The notes beneath the pieces were generated by a model, which saw only the letters and a list, made by a program, of their open reading frames with translations, searched no databases and was not told the origin of the DNA. Below, one piece after another: positions 35,201 through 44,744 of a stretch of DNA of 55,965 bases (position 1 is the first letter of the stretch; every line of letters starts with the position of its first letter). The translations under genes were made by a program, and so were the position numbers. The stretch comes from a virus (Duplodnaviria > Caudoviricetes): IMG/VR virus record IMGVR_UViG_3300012952_004103, positions 1 through 55,965 of that record. One strand, 5' to 3'.

Positions 35201-38098
35201 AAAGATGACAGGGACGGCAGAGAAGATTTAGGTGACTTTAATACAAATGAAATCCATGATGGGCAAGAAGGTGATGATCATGATGGCGGTGGCGCAACTG
35301 TTACCGGCAACCCATATGATAATGGCTTAATTGATTGGTGGACCGGGGATACCCAGGTTGGTCATGCACTAGATGACGTCAACCATGCGTTGTTGGGTCT
35401 ATCTAATAGTGCTGCATGGTTATGGCCCGACACAGATGGCATCTCCGGAGGTGACAAGGTCACCCTAAGGGACGAAACTAACCAAGTTGGTATTGGTACC
35501 GATGATCCGATGCAAAAGGTTCACGTGTATGGAGGGGAGACATCTAATGCTGCCATAAGAATTGAATCAAATGAAACTGATTCAAACGGAACAATTGTTA
35601 ATCCAATCCCACATACAAAACTAGAATTATCTCTTAATGGTAATGTACATGGTACACTGTCACAAAATACACGAGCTGGATTCACTACCTCTGACGGAAC
35701 GGATACAATATTACAAAATCATACACCTGCCGGGGGCATATACCTGTCAACCGTCCACGAAGACTTTGGCCCGCCGGTACCGGTTGGCAATGCCACACAT
35801 CCAGACCTTGATATGACAGTTTTTGACTTTTCTAGTTGGACAGTGTCGGCATATCAACACTCATTTGCTTTTACGGAAACACCTTGGGAAGCAATTCAGT
35901 TTCCAATACCTGGTGGTAGTGGGTATAGGCCAGCAATACCAGGAGATAAGGTAGCTGCATATAGGGAAGACGGAGGAAATAGATATTATCTTTGGAGTGC
36001 ACACTGTGTTGATGTTGGCAGTGGTACACAGTGGGAATATAAAAATGGTGCCATAGTAAGTAACCTAACAATTATGCTAATGGGTAACGATGGATTAGGC
36101 GCCACCAGCGATTATTATAATGTAGGAGACATTCCATATTTTACAGCTTATGACTCTATTGCCAATGTATTTTGGGATCTAGAAGTATGTGATACACTCG
36201 GGAATCCTTGTGACCAAACGAGTGGCGTTGACACATTCAATACCTCAGGAGCTTCAACTTATGCAAAGCTAACAGCAACAGGTTTAGGTAGCCTAAGTTA
36301 TGGTGTACCAACGACTAGCGTCTTAGCACCGATTATAGCTGATTCATCTGGAAACGTTGACAAAGAAAGTCTTCAGGTTCTAATATTATCTGGTACACAT
36401 GGCTCTGACCCGTTATTAAACCCTAGAACTTTTGCAGATACTAATTTCTATGTTTCAGGCTCAATCGGATCATGCGTTGAGCCAACAGATGATAGCGGAA
36501 ACATTCTACAATATGGAAATGGAACAAGGGGGACAGCTGTCTTTGGCGGAGATGTATACGTTTCCGGAACAATATTCGGGGCCGGCGGGGCTCTTGGTGG
36601 CGGAGGCGGCTGGCGTACTGCAATGAATGGTGTATGTATTGATGTGTTTGCGGATGCCCCTGCAGGTGAAGCGAGTACCGGTGATTCACCGAATAGCTCA
36701 GAAATGGTATTCGAATTTCCAGTCGACTCTGTGGGTGATACAACAATTCGAATAGTTGATACTAACCCGATCGGGCCCATCTTTTTTGGTCTAGCATATT
36801 CCTTAGATCCTGCTAGCGGCAACAACGGATCCTGCCTATCTTGGTCTGGTTCGACTATCGATAATGGAGCAGGTACTTGGACACCAAACTGGCCAGGTGA
36901 TCAGGCTACTGGGTTTCCGCCTGGTAGGCTATTATCGTTAACGGTCGAAGGAAGTAACGCATTTACATGTGGATTTCCTGCAGGAGATTTTGTAGCATGG
37001 ATTAATTCCTTTCAAGCCAATGGATCATCATTAAATGCTACACTTGGTGGAAACAATCCCTCTGCGTCTGTTAACGTTGATGCATCAATGTTCGGGTTTT
37101 CAATCACTTATCCACCGGGTAATGTTCTAGTAAATCTTCATACATTAGCTCCATCCCACGAGCCTTCAGCAAGATTTGTTTCTTGGGGAGCGGACGGGAC
37201 GGCAGGATATACACCGAGCGAAGGTGCCGCGGCATTTACCGGTGATACATTTACACGCCAGAATTGGGCACAGGGATTATTAATTCCATTTGATTGTAAA
37301 ATTGTAGGATACTCTGTACGATATATTTCTGAGCATCCTATTAACTTCCCGGGCCTAACCACTGGTGAGAAGGTTACTTGGTCAATCGGCACATTGGGTG
37401 ATGGTTCAGATCCAGATGAGGGTACAACACCTCCTAACCAAACACTGTCATATAATGAGTATACAGGTGTTAGCTGGATTGAATGGAATGCTTCGGATAA
37501 TAATACATACCCAATGAAATATATTGGCGAAGGAAATGAGTTAGATATTCCAGTCTTTGCCGGTCAAACGATTGCCATTCGTGCATTGGAAGAAAACTGT
37601 GAAGTGATAGACCCTGCATATCAAATTGATATTGCAGAAGCATCCGTAACGTTATGGCTACAAGGTGGAAATGTTAGCGGAGGTGTTAGCTCCAATGCAG
37701 CTAGAACAGTTACCATGGTCCAGCCTGGAAGTGCCCAGTCAGTCGATGACGGAAATACTTCTTCATTAACTGATGTCAATGGAAATATAATTGTAGAAAA
37801 TCTATATGTTCCGGACTTAACTGCAAATGAAAATTGCTTGTGTGTAGAGTGTCCGGCCGGGCAAAACGTTCACATTAGGTTGCCCGACCCTACAGGGTTA
37901 GAAGGGAAAACCCTAATGGTTAAAGATAAGTTAGGTACCGCTGGTGATACCTACACACACATTCAGGTATCTCCTCAAGGCAGCGCGACGTTAGACCAAT
38001 ATACATACTGGAGTGGGAACGCTCAACCGCTTAAATTTGATCAATCCTTCGCATGCGTAATGTTATGGAATGATGGAACTGACTGGTTCGTATCATAA
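32258..38098 (+). CDS. Very large tail fibre / virion structural protein (1946 aa)
   Basis: Rich in G/D/T. Three FGGD(V/L)xxSG modules and several (V/T)GIG.xxP fibre repeats. AGGAG SD. Confidence 0.75.
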   Translation: MGFENRPKDFFAKQIRSSHLIASGGIIDPASSDWDEQLPNLRLMIYPRDTLEVASSATGTDYIEGAFEGIVPPQLLDDGDGSGLKVGNDVWLFVSGAQHTHHTYTEDGEEAYAEVEKRAKSGVVLFGGDVVISGTLFAERQVVEVDLSQEGELFISGNLVAQDYTADINFVQFMAPEDDYPRDWLTGEDAALTFHQDVIQALVDIYIDESILRFTAGTDHVGENGNDCTIQFINGTGTSINNTAAPDYVITFEPGVSTPNDIIALSNAAEVVIEAFSDGGNLSDAIDASLSLEFSGGGDGIHELAGGVDTSATTMSSVPDAEGDLHNFSDAPEGWSTNSVITVAELNEAIASHRGDSLGQYEDREAAIIGGAVYDAYDPRPTGPQGTGHTLFNIDSINHYVSINASIPSASLDIRRQNSGATNTQDQIILLSEPGDLIGGSSTPLLSMKDGNTGAAGHHDDTAFYVWGVPGGKAGFTPGTNPDYTVGVFGGDLVVSGALYNESGFLDISSTHDHIGSPASDPTTDPDVPGDGTVIGTLQFSGTETAGDLASGKAARIEAEAAEDWSPGDTPARLNFFTNHGGAVWDDDGPMGGSAESTTDGLAMTIDHNQTVGIGIEVPTAKLHISSTSSLDSDHQLLLHEADTGFSRLSFTNEEDTAGPFGQSHEWTIAAKPEPQGSNTDARLNFYYGDGDNAGGGVDHVVITGAGQIGAGVNSATGPAARIHAKIGDVAETLALLESGDTPAKLHIKSDNNAVIMLEADANNAGGEDNNPYIQFLQDGGSHKAIIGLVGSSGEDPEGEPFSDTLANSLLIGGENTASSVDPHLQFGTRDEVRVTIRRTGETGIGTNDPNQHVEIQKDDVQLRLSYDETNYIDFEVDSTGDLDVTGSSTSNIRHRVTIHGADSGVADGGFWGLLDPEDPLSGYADVAGEAAATNPIKIIGLKEDNTDYDDAGTPEEPKVLVILEDGTVAYKSGGLGGAQLKDDRDGREDLGDFNTNEIHDGQEGDDHDGGGATVTGNPYDNGLIDWWTGDTQVGHALDDVNHALLGLSNSAAWLWPDTDGISGGDKVTLRDETNQVGIGTDDPMQKVHVYGGETSNAAIRIESNETDSNGTIVNPIPHTKLELSLNGNVHGTLSQNTRAGFTTSDGTDTILQNHTPAGGIYLSTVHEDFGPPVPVGNATHPDLDMTVFDFSSWTVSAYQHSFAFTETPWEAIQFPIPGGSGYRPAIPGDKVAAYREDGGNRYYLWSAHCVDVGSGTQWEYKNGAIVSNLTIMLMGNDGLGATSDYYNVGDIPYFTAYDSIANVFWDLEVCDTLGNPCDQTSGVDTFNTSGASTYAKLTATGLGSLSYGVPTTSVLAPIIADSSGNVDKESLQVLILSGTHGSDPLLNPRTFADTNFYVSGSIGSCVEPTDDSGNILQYGNGTRGTAVFGGDVYVSGTIFGAGGALGGGGGWRTAMNGVCIDVFADAPAGEASTGDSPNSSEMVFEFPVDSVGDTTIRIVDTNPIGPIFFGLAYSLDPASGNNGSCLSWSGSTIDNGAGTWTPNWPGDQATGFPPGRLLSLTVEGSNAFTCGFPAGDFVAWINSFQANGSSLNATLGGNNPSASVNVDASMFGFSITYPPGNVLVNLHTLAPSHEPSARFVSWGADGTAGYTPSEGAAAFTGDTFTRQNWAQGLLIPFDCKIVGYSVRYISEHPINFPGLTTGEKVTWSIGTLGDGSDPDEGTTPPNQTLSYNEYTGVSWIEWNASDNNTYPMKYIGEGNELDIPVFAGQTIAIRALEENCEVIDPAYQIDIAEASVTLWLQGGNVSGGVSSNAARTVTMVQPGSAQSVDDGNTSSLTDVNGNIIVENLYVPDLTANENCLCVECPAGQNVHIRLPDPTGLEGKTLMVKDKLGTAGDTYTHIQVSPQGSATLDQYTYWSGNAQPLKFDQSFACVMLWNDGTDWFVS

Positions 38099-38113
38099 TA
38101 AGGAAGAATAAAG

Positions 38114-40837
38114 ATGTCATATAAACATACCGGTGTCCAAAACGTTTTAAGTAGTTTAGAACTATTAAAAGCTATCAATTCAAGTGCCTGTCATGATGGA
38201 CAATTGATAGCAGTTAAAAATGTTGTATGGTCTGAAAATAGCGTTGCTAGAAAATTTACGACAGTATATATGTGGGACTCACAAGTTACCGCTAAAAGTC
38301 TTTTAATGGATCTGGATGGAGAGACCGATGTTGATTTTCCTTCTATAGCAAAAACATGGTACTGGAACAGAAGCGTTGCTGAGTATGAGGTATTTAATGA
38401 AGGTGTACACATGAATGACTATGCACACCTAATTGTAATTCCGGAAGATGTTGGAGCTGGTACTGATAGAGATTATGATCAACCGGGTAGATGGGTAGCT
38501 ACAGACTACGCAACATTTTTACTACATGCTGGATTCACGCAGTGGGATGCACGTGCAGATGGAAGTTTAATACCAAAAAATAATGCAGCGTTTGACTTGG
38601 GCGATGCGGAGAATAAAGTTAGACACTTATTTCTTTCTGACAACTCAATTTGGATTGGCGAAAAACATAGAATATCAATTAGCGACTCCGGAGAACTAAG
38701 GTTTCAAAAAAGAAAAAGCGGAAAATTGCCAGAAGGATTTATGGGCGCATCCTCAGAAGATATTACAGCAATGAAAACCGAAGCCCAAACAGCATCCGGT
38801 GTCGATTCATTTGGTGAGGTCGATCTTACCTTAGCACAATGGACGGCCGTCGGTCAGGATAGAATTGATTTTACCCATATTGTTGATGCATTTCAAGAGC
38901 CAGACTTTGAGACTGTTTCGTCTTTAAGCGGAGATGATCAAGCTCCATCAAGTGTAGCGTGGGGTAGTATTTCTGAATTACCAACTGAGCTGCAGAACCT
39001 TGGTGATATAGTAAGAGCTGAGGATATTTTTGCTGGAGGTGATAAGGCTGGGATGATCGACGCCGGAAAATATGTCAATACAGAATATACATTGCCATCC
39101 GACGTTTTAATTGCCGGTGATATTTTTATTGGTGGAGATAAGGCCGGAAAGATTGATACTGGAAAATACGATAATACACAAATTGGAACAACGGATCTCG
39201 AAAGTCTACTTGGTGATATTTCTACACCTTCCAGCTGGACGGATATAGTAAAAACAGATGATATAGCAGATGTATTAAGAGACTCTGATCCAATGCCGGC
39301 AGCATGGGAAGCACCCGACGTTGACACTAGTGTATTCGTACAGAAAGATGCATGGAACGGAATATTTGACGATGATGGAGATGGAGGGTATACAGTGAAA
39401 ACCGCTGTTGTTGAGGGGTTTAACTTGCAGCCGAAAGGTGATTATGTTGATGTCTCTGAATTTACAGCCGATGGTTTAAACAGTCTCTTACCAGATGGGG
39501 AGTCGTTTATGAAGACGTCTGACGGTATTGTTAATGATGTCGCCGCCCTACAAGACAAGTTTGGTGATGATGGTTTAATTCTTGGTGATGCGTTGCCGGC
39601 TGGTATTCCTCGCGACACAGATGCAATTGATACTATTGCCGGCTATTTCACTAACGGTAAATTAAATGTGTCAAACGCACATAATGATCTTAAGAATTCG
39701 AACCAGGCCTGGTCGACATTGTCCGGGGTTCCAAGCGACCTTGCAACAACCGGTGATATCCCGGCAACACCAACGTGGTCAACGCTATCTGGGGTACCGA
39801 GTGACCTTGCAACAACCGGTGATATTCCGGACAGTACTGCAATCAACGCGTTGATTGATGGCAACGCGAATGTGCAAAAAGGTGTAACAGTTAACGGCTA
39901 CTTTAGCGGCGGAAAACTTAAGGCCAATAATATTAATGCTAACCTTAAGACTGCAGTAACAGATCTAGCTGATCATGCTGTTACATATCAGAGTGTTAGT
40001 TATAACAATAAGAGCAGTCTTTCAATGGGAGGCAAGGGCTTGACAGCTTTCGTATCTGATATGTCTGATGTACAAGCCGGTGTTACTGCAAAGAGTTACT
40101 TTAACTCGGGTGGTGTCCTGTCTTCCGCTAGCCGGGTACCTAACTTAAATGCTAGCAAAATTACTGCGGGGTCTTTTGGAACTGGTAGGATACCTAACTT
40201 AAATGCTAGCAAAATTACTGCGGGGTCTTTTGGAACTGGTAGGATACCCTCATTGTCACAATCTAAGATAACAGACTTAACGACCGATCTTGGGAATTTG
40301 TCTGACGGCATCAATACCTTAGATACATCCCTAGCAGATGCCGAAAGTACCTTAGCCAGTATGAATACTAAGGTAAACAACATCCAGAGTGATATTACGG
40401 CAATCGATAGCTCTTATTCATATGTTGATCTTGACTATAGCGCCCCACCGGAACGGAACCTCGGGATAGGTGACTGGTCGGATAAGGACCTTAAGATTAT
40501 AACCCGATCGGTACCTACTGCTGAAATTACTAGTCAATATAATTTAATTGGATTAACAGTGTACGAGTATGAATGGAAAGCAATTGCAAATATATTGTTC
40601 GGCTTATCAGGTACCGTTACGGAGGGTTTCATGGCTGAACAGCTTGAAGTATTATATCCCGCCCCGGATCCGGAAAATCCCCCAACCTCTGAAGCTGACG
40701 GTCACATATGGTGGCACTACTATACCACAGAAGAAGAACGCGCATTGGGTGCAGACGTACATTCATATTACACAATGTATAGCGAAACAATCCTTCAAGA
40801 AGAAATTAATGCAGCTATAGCTAAGCTAACTAGCTAG
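38114..40837 (+). CDS. Tail fibre protein with C-terminal S74-like chaperone domain
   Basis: LIPKNNAAFDLG...RHLFL fibre motif, LNASKIT repeats, a coiled coil, then SDKDLK...YEW...GFMAEQLEVLYP. Confidence 0.78.
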   Translation: MSYKHTGVQNVLSSLELLKAINSSACHDGQLIAVKNVVWSENSVARKFTTVYMWDSQVTAKSLLMDLDGETDVDFPSIAKTWYWNRSVAEYEVFNEGVHMNDYAHLIVIPEDVGAGTDRDYDQPGRWVATDYATFLLHAGFTQWDARADGSLIPKNNAAFDLGDAENKVRHLFLSDNSIWIGEKHRISISDSGELRFQKRKSGKLPEGFMGASSEDITAMKTEAQTASGVDSFGEVDLTLAQWTAVGQDRIDFTHIVDAFQEPDFETVSSLSGDDQAPSSVAWGSISELPTELQNLGDIVRAEDIFAGGDKAGMIDAGKYVNTEYTLPSDVLIAGDIFIGGDKAGKIDTGKYDNTQIGTTDLESLLGDISTPSSWTDIVKTDDIADVLRDSDPMPAAWEAPDVDTSVFVQKDAWNGIFDDDGDGGYTVKTAVVEGFNLQPKGDYVDVSEFTADGLNSLLPDGESFMKTSDGIVNDVAALQDKFGDDGLILGDALPAGIPRDTDAIDTIAGYFTNGKLNVSNAHNDLKNSNQAWSTLSGVPSDLATTGDIPATPTWSTLSGVPSDLATTGDIPDSTAINALIDGNANVQKGVTVNGYFSGGKLKANNINANLKTAVTDLADHAVTYQSVSYNNKSSLSMGGKGLTAFVSDMSDVQAGVTAKSYFNSGGVLSSASRVPNLNASKITAGSFGTGRIPNLNASKITAGSFGTGRIPSLSQSKITDLTTDLGNLSDGINTLDTSLADAESTLASMNTKVNNIQSDITAIDSSYSYVDLDYSAPPERNLGIGDWSDKDLKIITRSVPTAEITSQYNLIGLTVYEYEWKAIANILFGLSGTVTEGFMAEQLEVLYPAPDPENPPTSEADGHIWWHYYTTEEERALGADVHSYYTMYSETILQEEINAAIAKLTS
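39710..39830 (+). repeat. In-frame 66-bp tandem repeat (WSTLSGVPSDLATTGDIP x2)
   Basis: Units start at 39710 and 39776 and differ at synonymous positions. Confidence 0.9.
40137..40248 (+). repeat. In-frame exact 54-bp tandem repeat (PNLNASKITAGSFGTGRI x2)
   Basis: Units start at 40137 and 40191 and are identical at the nucleotide level. Confidence 0.95.
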
Positions 40838-40940
40838 ATCTGATTCAATACTGATCTATTAATAAAGTAAAGCTGATCTAATATTAATAGAATACTGATT
40901 ATCAGATATTCAGATTCAGTACTGAACCAGATCCAGTAAT
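40837..40940. repeat. AT-rich intergenic cluster of CTGA/TCAG, GATC and palindromic repeats (origin-like)
   Basis: AATACTGAT x2, CTGATCTA x2, TATTAATA x2, palindrome TTCAGTACTGAA (40915-40926) and four GATC. Confidence 0.6.
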
Positions 40941-41044
40941 TTATATTAGGGCTGTAAAGGAATTTTGTATAAGTAATTGTACATATTTTTTTTTCACTGT
41001 ACCTTCTTCATAAGCTGATCAAGTAGCGAGTAGGAGTATAGTGC

Positions 41045-42967
41045 ATGTTCAATAGCCCATTTTCTGAGGATGGAAATAATAAGATCCCCTCAGAGACAGA
41101 TATAGTTTTTGTTTCGGATTTTTTTGTAGAGGATCTTCAGGGTGGTGCTGAACTTACTTCTGAAGCTTTAATTGAGTCTTCCCCCTTTAGTGTTTATAAA
41201 TTACATGCACGGGATGTGACACAAGAATTATTGGAACAATGCTCAGATAAACATTGGATATTCGGCAACTATGCACATATGAATCTTAATCTGATCCCTA
41301 TGATAGTTGCAAATTTAAGCTATTCTATAGTAGAGTATGACTATAAGTACTGTAAATATCGATCCCCTCAGAAACATATCCATAATGAAGGTGATTGCGG
41401 CTGCCATAATGATATTCATGGAAAGATGATATCTGCTTTTATGTATGGAAGCAAGAGCGTTTGGTGGATGTCAGAAGCTCAGCAAAACATTTATTTAGAA
41501 CACTTTCCTTTCCTTTCAGAAAAAGACGGCACTGTACTAAGCTCCGTATTTTCAGAGAAATTTTTTGCTGCAGTTGATTACCTGACTCAACAAAATAAAG
41601 ATAATGAAAGAAAAGGGTGGCTAGTTTTAGGAAGTACTTCATGGGTTAAAGGTACAGATGATGCCATTCAACACTGCATTAATCATGATTTAGATTATGA
41701 GCTGATTCAGAACCTTGAGTATGGTGATGTTTTAGATAAATTGTCAAAGGCCAAAGGGCTGGTGTTTCTACCGGCCGGTGCAGATACATGCCCAAGGATC
41801 GTTATTGAGGCTAAGCTTCTTGGGTGTAAGCTAGTATTAAATGAAAACGTACAGCATAAAAATGAAATCTGGTTTGATACCGCTGATGTATATGATACCC
41901 AGGCTTACCTTTACGCAGCTCGAGAAAGATTCTGGAATGGAATCAAATATGCAATGAATTATAATCCAACCCTCAGTGGTTACACAACCACCCTCAATTG
42001 TAACGAAGGCGGATATCCATGGGTTCAATCCATTAAGTCAATGTTAGGCTTCTGCGATGAAGTGGTAGTGGTTGATGGAGGTTCTAGGGATGGTACGTAT
42101 GAACAGTTACTTGATATGGCAGTTGAAGAACCCCGGCTTAAGGTTAGCTTAATTGAACGAGATTGGGCTCACCCTCGTTTTGCTGTCTTTGATGGAGCAC
42201 AAAAAGCTTCTGCTCGAGGATTATGCAGCATGCAATATTGCTGGCAGCAAGATGCTGATGAGGTTATTCATGAGGATGACTATGAGAAAGTGCGCCGGCT
42301 ACTCGCCGTATTCCCACAGGAGGTTGATTTAGTTTCTCTTCCCGTGGTTGAATTCTGGGGTGATCAGGGAAAAACCCGAATGGATGTGACTCCATGGAAG
42401 TGGCGCATTTCTAGAAATAAACCTGAGATTACCCATGGGATCCCTAAGCATTTGCAGGCTTATGATGGTGATGGCTATCTTCACGCATTGCCAGGTACGG
42501 ATGGCTGTGATTATATCCATAAGGATACTAATGAACTTATTCCGCATGCTTCATTTTATGCAGAAGATGCCCATAATCTCCGTATGATGGCATTAGGGAA
42601 TAATGAGGACGCGCATCAGAAATATAAAGATTGGTTTTCGCGAAATATTGAAATGTTGCCTACAGCTTATCATTATTCATGGTATGACCTTGAGAGAAAG
42701 ATTAAGACATATCGCGATTACTGGTCCCAGCATTGGCAAAGCCTATATGATATACCTCAAGAAGATACATCAGAGAATAATATGTTTTTTGATAAGTCGT
42801 GGTCTAAAGTTACGAATAAAGACATTAAGCGCTTAGCTACTCAACTTGGAGAAAAAATGGGAGGTTGGGTATTTCATGAAAAAGTCGATTTTGGTAAACC
42901 AACCCCAGAATTAGGGATTGATGTACACCACCCATCTCTTATGCTTGAGGATGATGATAGTGAATAA
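41045..42967 (+). CDS. Two-domain glycosyltransferase (GT-B-like N-terminus plus GT2/GT-A C-terminus)
   Basis: GGAELT and DTCPRIVIEAKLLGC in the N-terminal half. VVVVDGGSRDGT and DADE in the C-terminal half. Confidence 0.82.
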   Translation: MFNSPFSEDGNNKIPSETDIVFVSDFFVEDLQGGAELTSEALIESSPFSVYKLHARDVTQELLEQCSDKHWIFGNYAHMNLNLIPMIVANLSYSIVEYDYKYCKYRSPQKHIHNEGDCGCHNDIHGKMISAFMYGSKSVWWMSEAQQNIYLEHFPFLSEKDGTVLSSVFSEKFFAAVDYLTQQNKDNERKGWLVLGSTSWVKGTDDAIQHCINHDLDYELIQNLEYGDVLDKLSKAKGLVFLPAGADTCPRIVIEAKLLGCKLVLNENVQHKNEIWFDTADVYDTQAYLYAARERFWNGIKYAMNYNPTLSGYTTTLNCNEGGYPWVQSIKSMLGFCDEVVVVDGGSRDGTYEQLLDMAVEEPRLKVSLIERDWAHPRFAVFDGAQKASARGLCSMQYCWQQDADEVIHEDDYEKVRRLLAVFPQEVDLVSLPVVEFWGDQGKTRMDVTPWKWRISRNKPEITHGIPKHLQAYDGDGYLHALPGTDGCDYIHKDTNELIPHASFYAEDAHNLRMMALGNNEDAHQKYKDWFSRNIEMLPTAYHYSWYDLERKIKTYRDYWSQHWQSLYDIPQEDTSENNMFFDKSWSKVTNKDIKRLATQLGEKMGGWVFHEKVDFGKPTPELGIDVHHPSLMLEDDDSE

Positions 42968-43694
42968 TCATTTTAAGATTGTAATACCTGTTAGAAATGC
43001 TGAAGAGCAGGTAGCACGTTGTTTATATTCAATCTGGGCCCAGACACATACAAACTGGTCCGTAGTTATAATTGACGATAATTCTACCGATGGTACTGTC
43101 ACCGAGATTAATCGATTCTTAAAGAAGTTCGAAAATGCCCAAGGTAGGGTTACCGTAATTGAAAATGATAATCAATATCATGCCTTGCCGAACATCCTAA
43201 CAGGAATCAGCCTGGCTAATGATGATGATATTATTTGTCATGTTGACGGTGATGATTGGTTATGCGACATGGATGCGCTTACATTAATCAATGAGCAGTA
43301 TAATCATCCGGAGCAAACTGTAGGGGCAGTCTGGACAAATCAACGTTGGGGATTTACAATAACCGGAGGGTCGAAGCCCCTTCCAAAAGATGCAGATGTA
43401 TACCAGCATGAGTGGGTATCTAGTCATCTTAAAACGTTTCGAAAGTTTTTAATCAATGATATCGATATGGAAAATTTCTACAATGCACAAGGTGAATACT
43501 TTAAGAGGGTTGCCGATCAAGCAATATACCTTCCAGTACTTGACCGCTGCCAGCAGTTAGAGCTTAGTAGATCATACCTTCCAATATGTGCATATCATTA
43601 TAATATTGCACAAGGTGCAGACATGTTTTCAGAGGATTCGCTACAACAACAGGCTGAGTCTTTATTTTTGAGAACTCGTGGTTTTATTGGTTGA
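42960..43694 (+). CDS. Glycosyltransferase family 2
   Basis: IVIPVRNAE, IIDDNSTDGT and VDGDDWL. Likely GTG start at 42960. Confidence 0.88.
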   Translation: MNNHFKIVIPVRNAEEQVARCLYSIWAQTHTNWSVVIIDDNSTDGTVTEINRFLKKFENAQGRVTVIENDNQYHALPNILTGISLANDDDIICHVDGDDWLCDMDALTLINEQYNHPEQTVGAVWTNQRWGFTITGGSKPLPKDADVYQHEWVSSHLKTFRKFLINDIDMENFYNAQGEYFKRVADQAIYLPVLDRCQQLELSRSYLPICAYHYNIAQGADMFSEDSLQQQAESLFLRTRGFIG

Positions 43695-43719
43695 ACTTCT
43701 GAACATTATATGATATAAT
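43691..43719 (+). promoter_or_regulatory. Sigma70-like promoter
   Basis: TTGAAC, 17-nt spacer, TATAAT with TG extension. Confidence 0.6.
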
Positions 43720-43748
43720 TCAATTGAATCTAATTAGGAGAAATTTAG

Positions 43749-44744
43749 ATGAGTAAAACAGTTTTGATTACCGGTGCAGCCGGACTTTTAGGTGCTAATT
43801 TTTCGCGATATCTTACCGGTAAGGGATATACTGTTGTAGGTATTGATAATCTTTTTGGGGGATATGAATCTAGCGTTGATCCCAATTCTGTATTTTATGA
43901 AGCAGATCTAAATGATGCTTCTGCGGTTAGCAAGATTTTCGAAGATCATAAGCCAGATTATGTATATCACTTTGCTGCATATGCTGCTGAAGGATTAAGT
44001 CCTTATATTCGAAGCTTTAATTACACGAATAATGTTGTTTGCTCTTCTAATGTTATCAATGCATGCATTAATAATGAAGTGAAGAAGATTGTTTTTACAT
44101 CTTCAATGGCCGTTTATGGTGAAGGTACGCCTCCGTTTGTAGAGACCCAACCACAAACCCCTGAAGATCCATACGGTATTGCGAAGTATGCTGTAGAGAT
44201 GGATCTGGCATTAGCTAAGGATCACTTTGGCCTGGAGTATTCTATCGTCCGGCCACATAATGTGATTGGGGTATATCAAAATATCTGGGATCGATACCGG
44301 AATGTAATTGGTATCTGGATTCGACAGTCATTGAATAATGAGTCTCTTACAATTTTCGGGGACGGTACTCAAGTTCGAGCGTTTTCTGACATTAGCTTTT
44401 ACATGAAGCCGTTTGAACAGTTGATGACCCAACACCACGGTGAGACATTTAACATTGGTGCCGACAAGTATTGGACTATTAATGATGCAGCCCTAACCGT
44501 ACAGAAGGTTGCTGCTGAGTTTGACAATAATGTTGACCTTGTCCATCTTGAAAAGAGAAATGAGGTTCACACAGCATATTCAGACCATACAAAAGCTCAA
44601 GAGCTTTTAGGTTTTAATGATAATACCGATCTTGAAACGACTGTTCGAGAGATGTACTCCTGGGCCCAAGCTCAGCCGAATCGAAATGTAGAATATTTTG
44701 ATTATGAGGTTGAAAAAAATCTTTATAGTTTTTGGAAGAAATAA
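43749..44744 (+). CDS. NAD-dependent nucleotide-sugar epimerase/dehydratase (extended SDR)
   Basis: TGAAGLLG, HFAA, FTSSMAVYG, YGIAK (YxxxK) and GDGTQVRAF. Confidence 0.92.
   Translation: MSKTVLITGAAGLLGANFSRYLTGKGYTVVGIDNLFGGYESSVDPNSVFYEADLNDASAVSKIFEDHKPDYVYHFAAYAAEGLSPYIRSFNYTNNVVCSSNVINACINNEVKKIVFTSSMAVYGEGTPPFVETQPQTPEDPYGIAKYAVEMDLALAKDHFGLEYSIVRPHNVIGVYQNIWDRYRNVIGIWIRQSLNNESLTIFGDGTQVRAFSDISFYMKPFEQLMTQHHGETFNIGADKYWTINDAALTVQKVAAEFDNNVDLVHLEKRNEVHTAYSDHTKAQELLGFNDNTDLETTVREMYSWAQAQPNRNVEYFDYEVEKNLYSFWKK

Noticed and set aside
9754-40837. Possible DGR template/variable repeat pair between the two fibre C-termini
   Set aside because: Differences are spread over all bases and are largely synonymous rather than adenine-specific. 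Both copies are coding, and no reverse transcriptase is present in the window.
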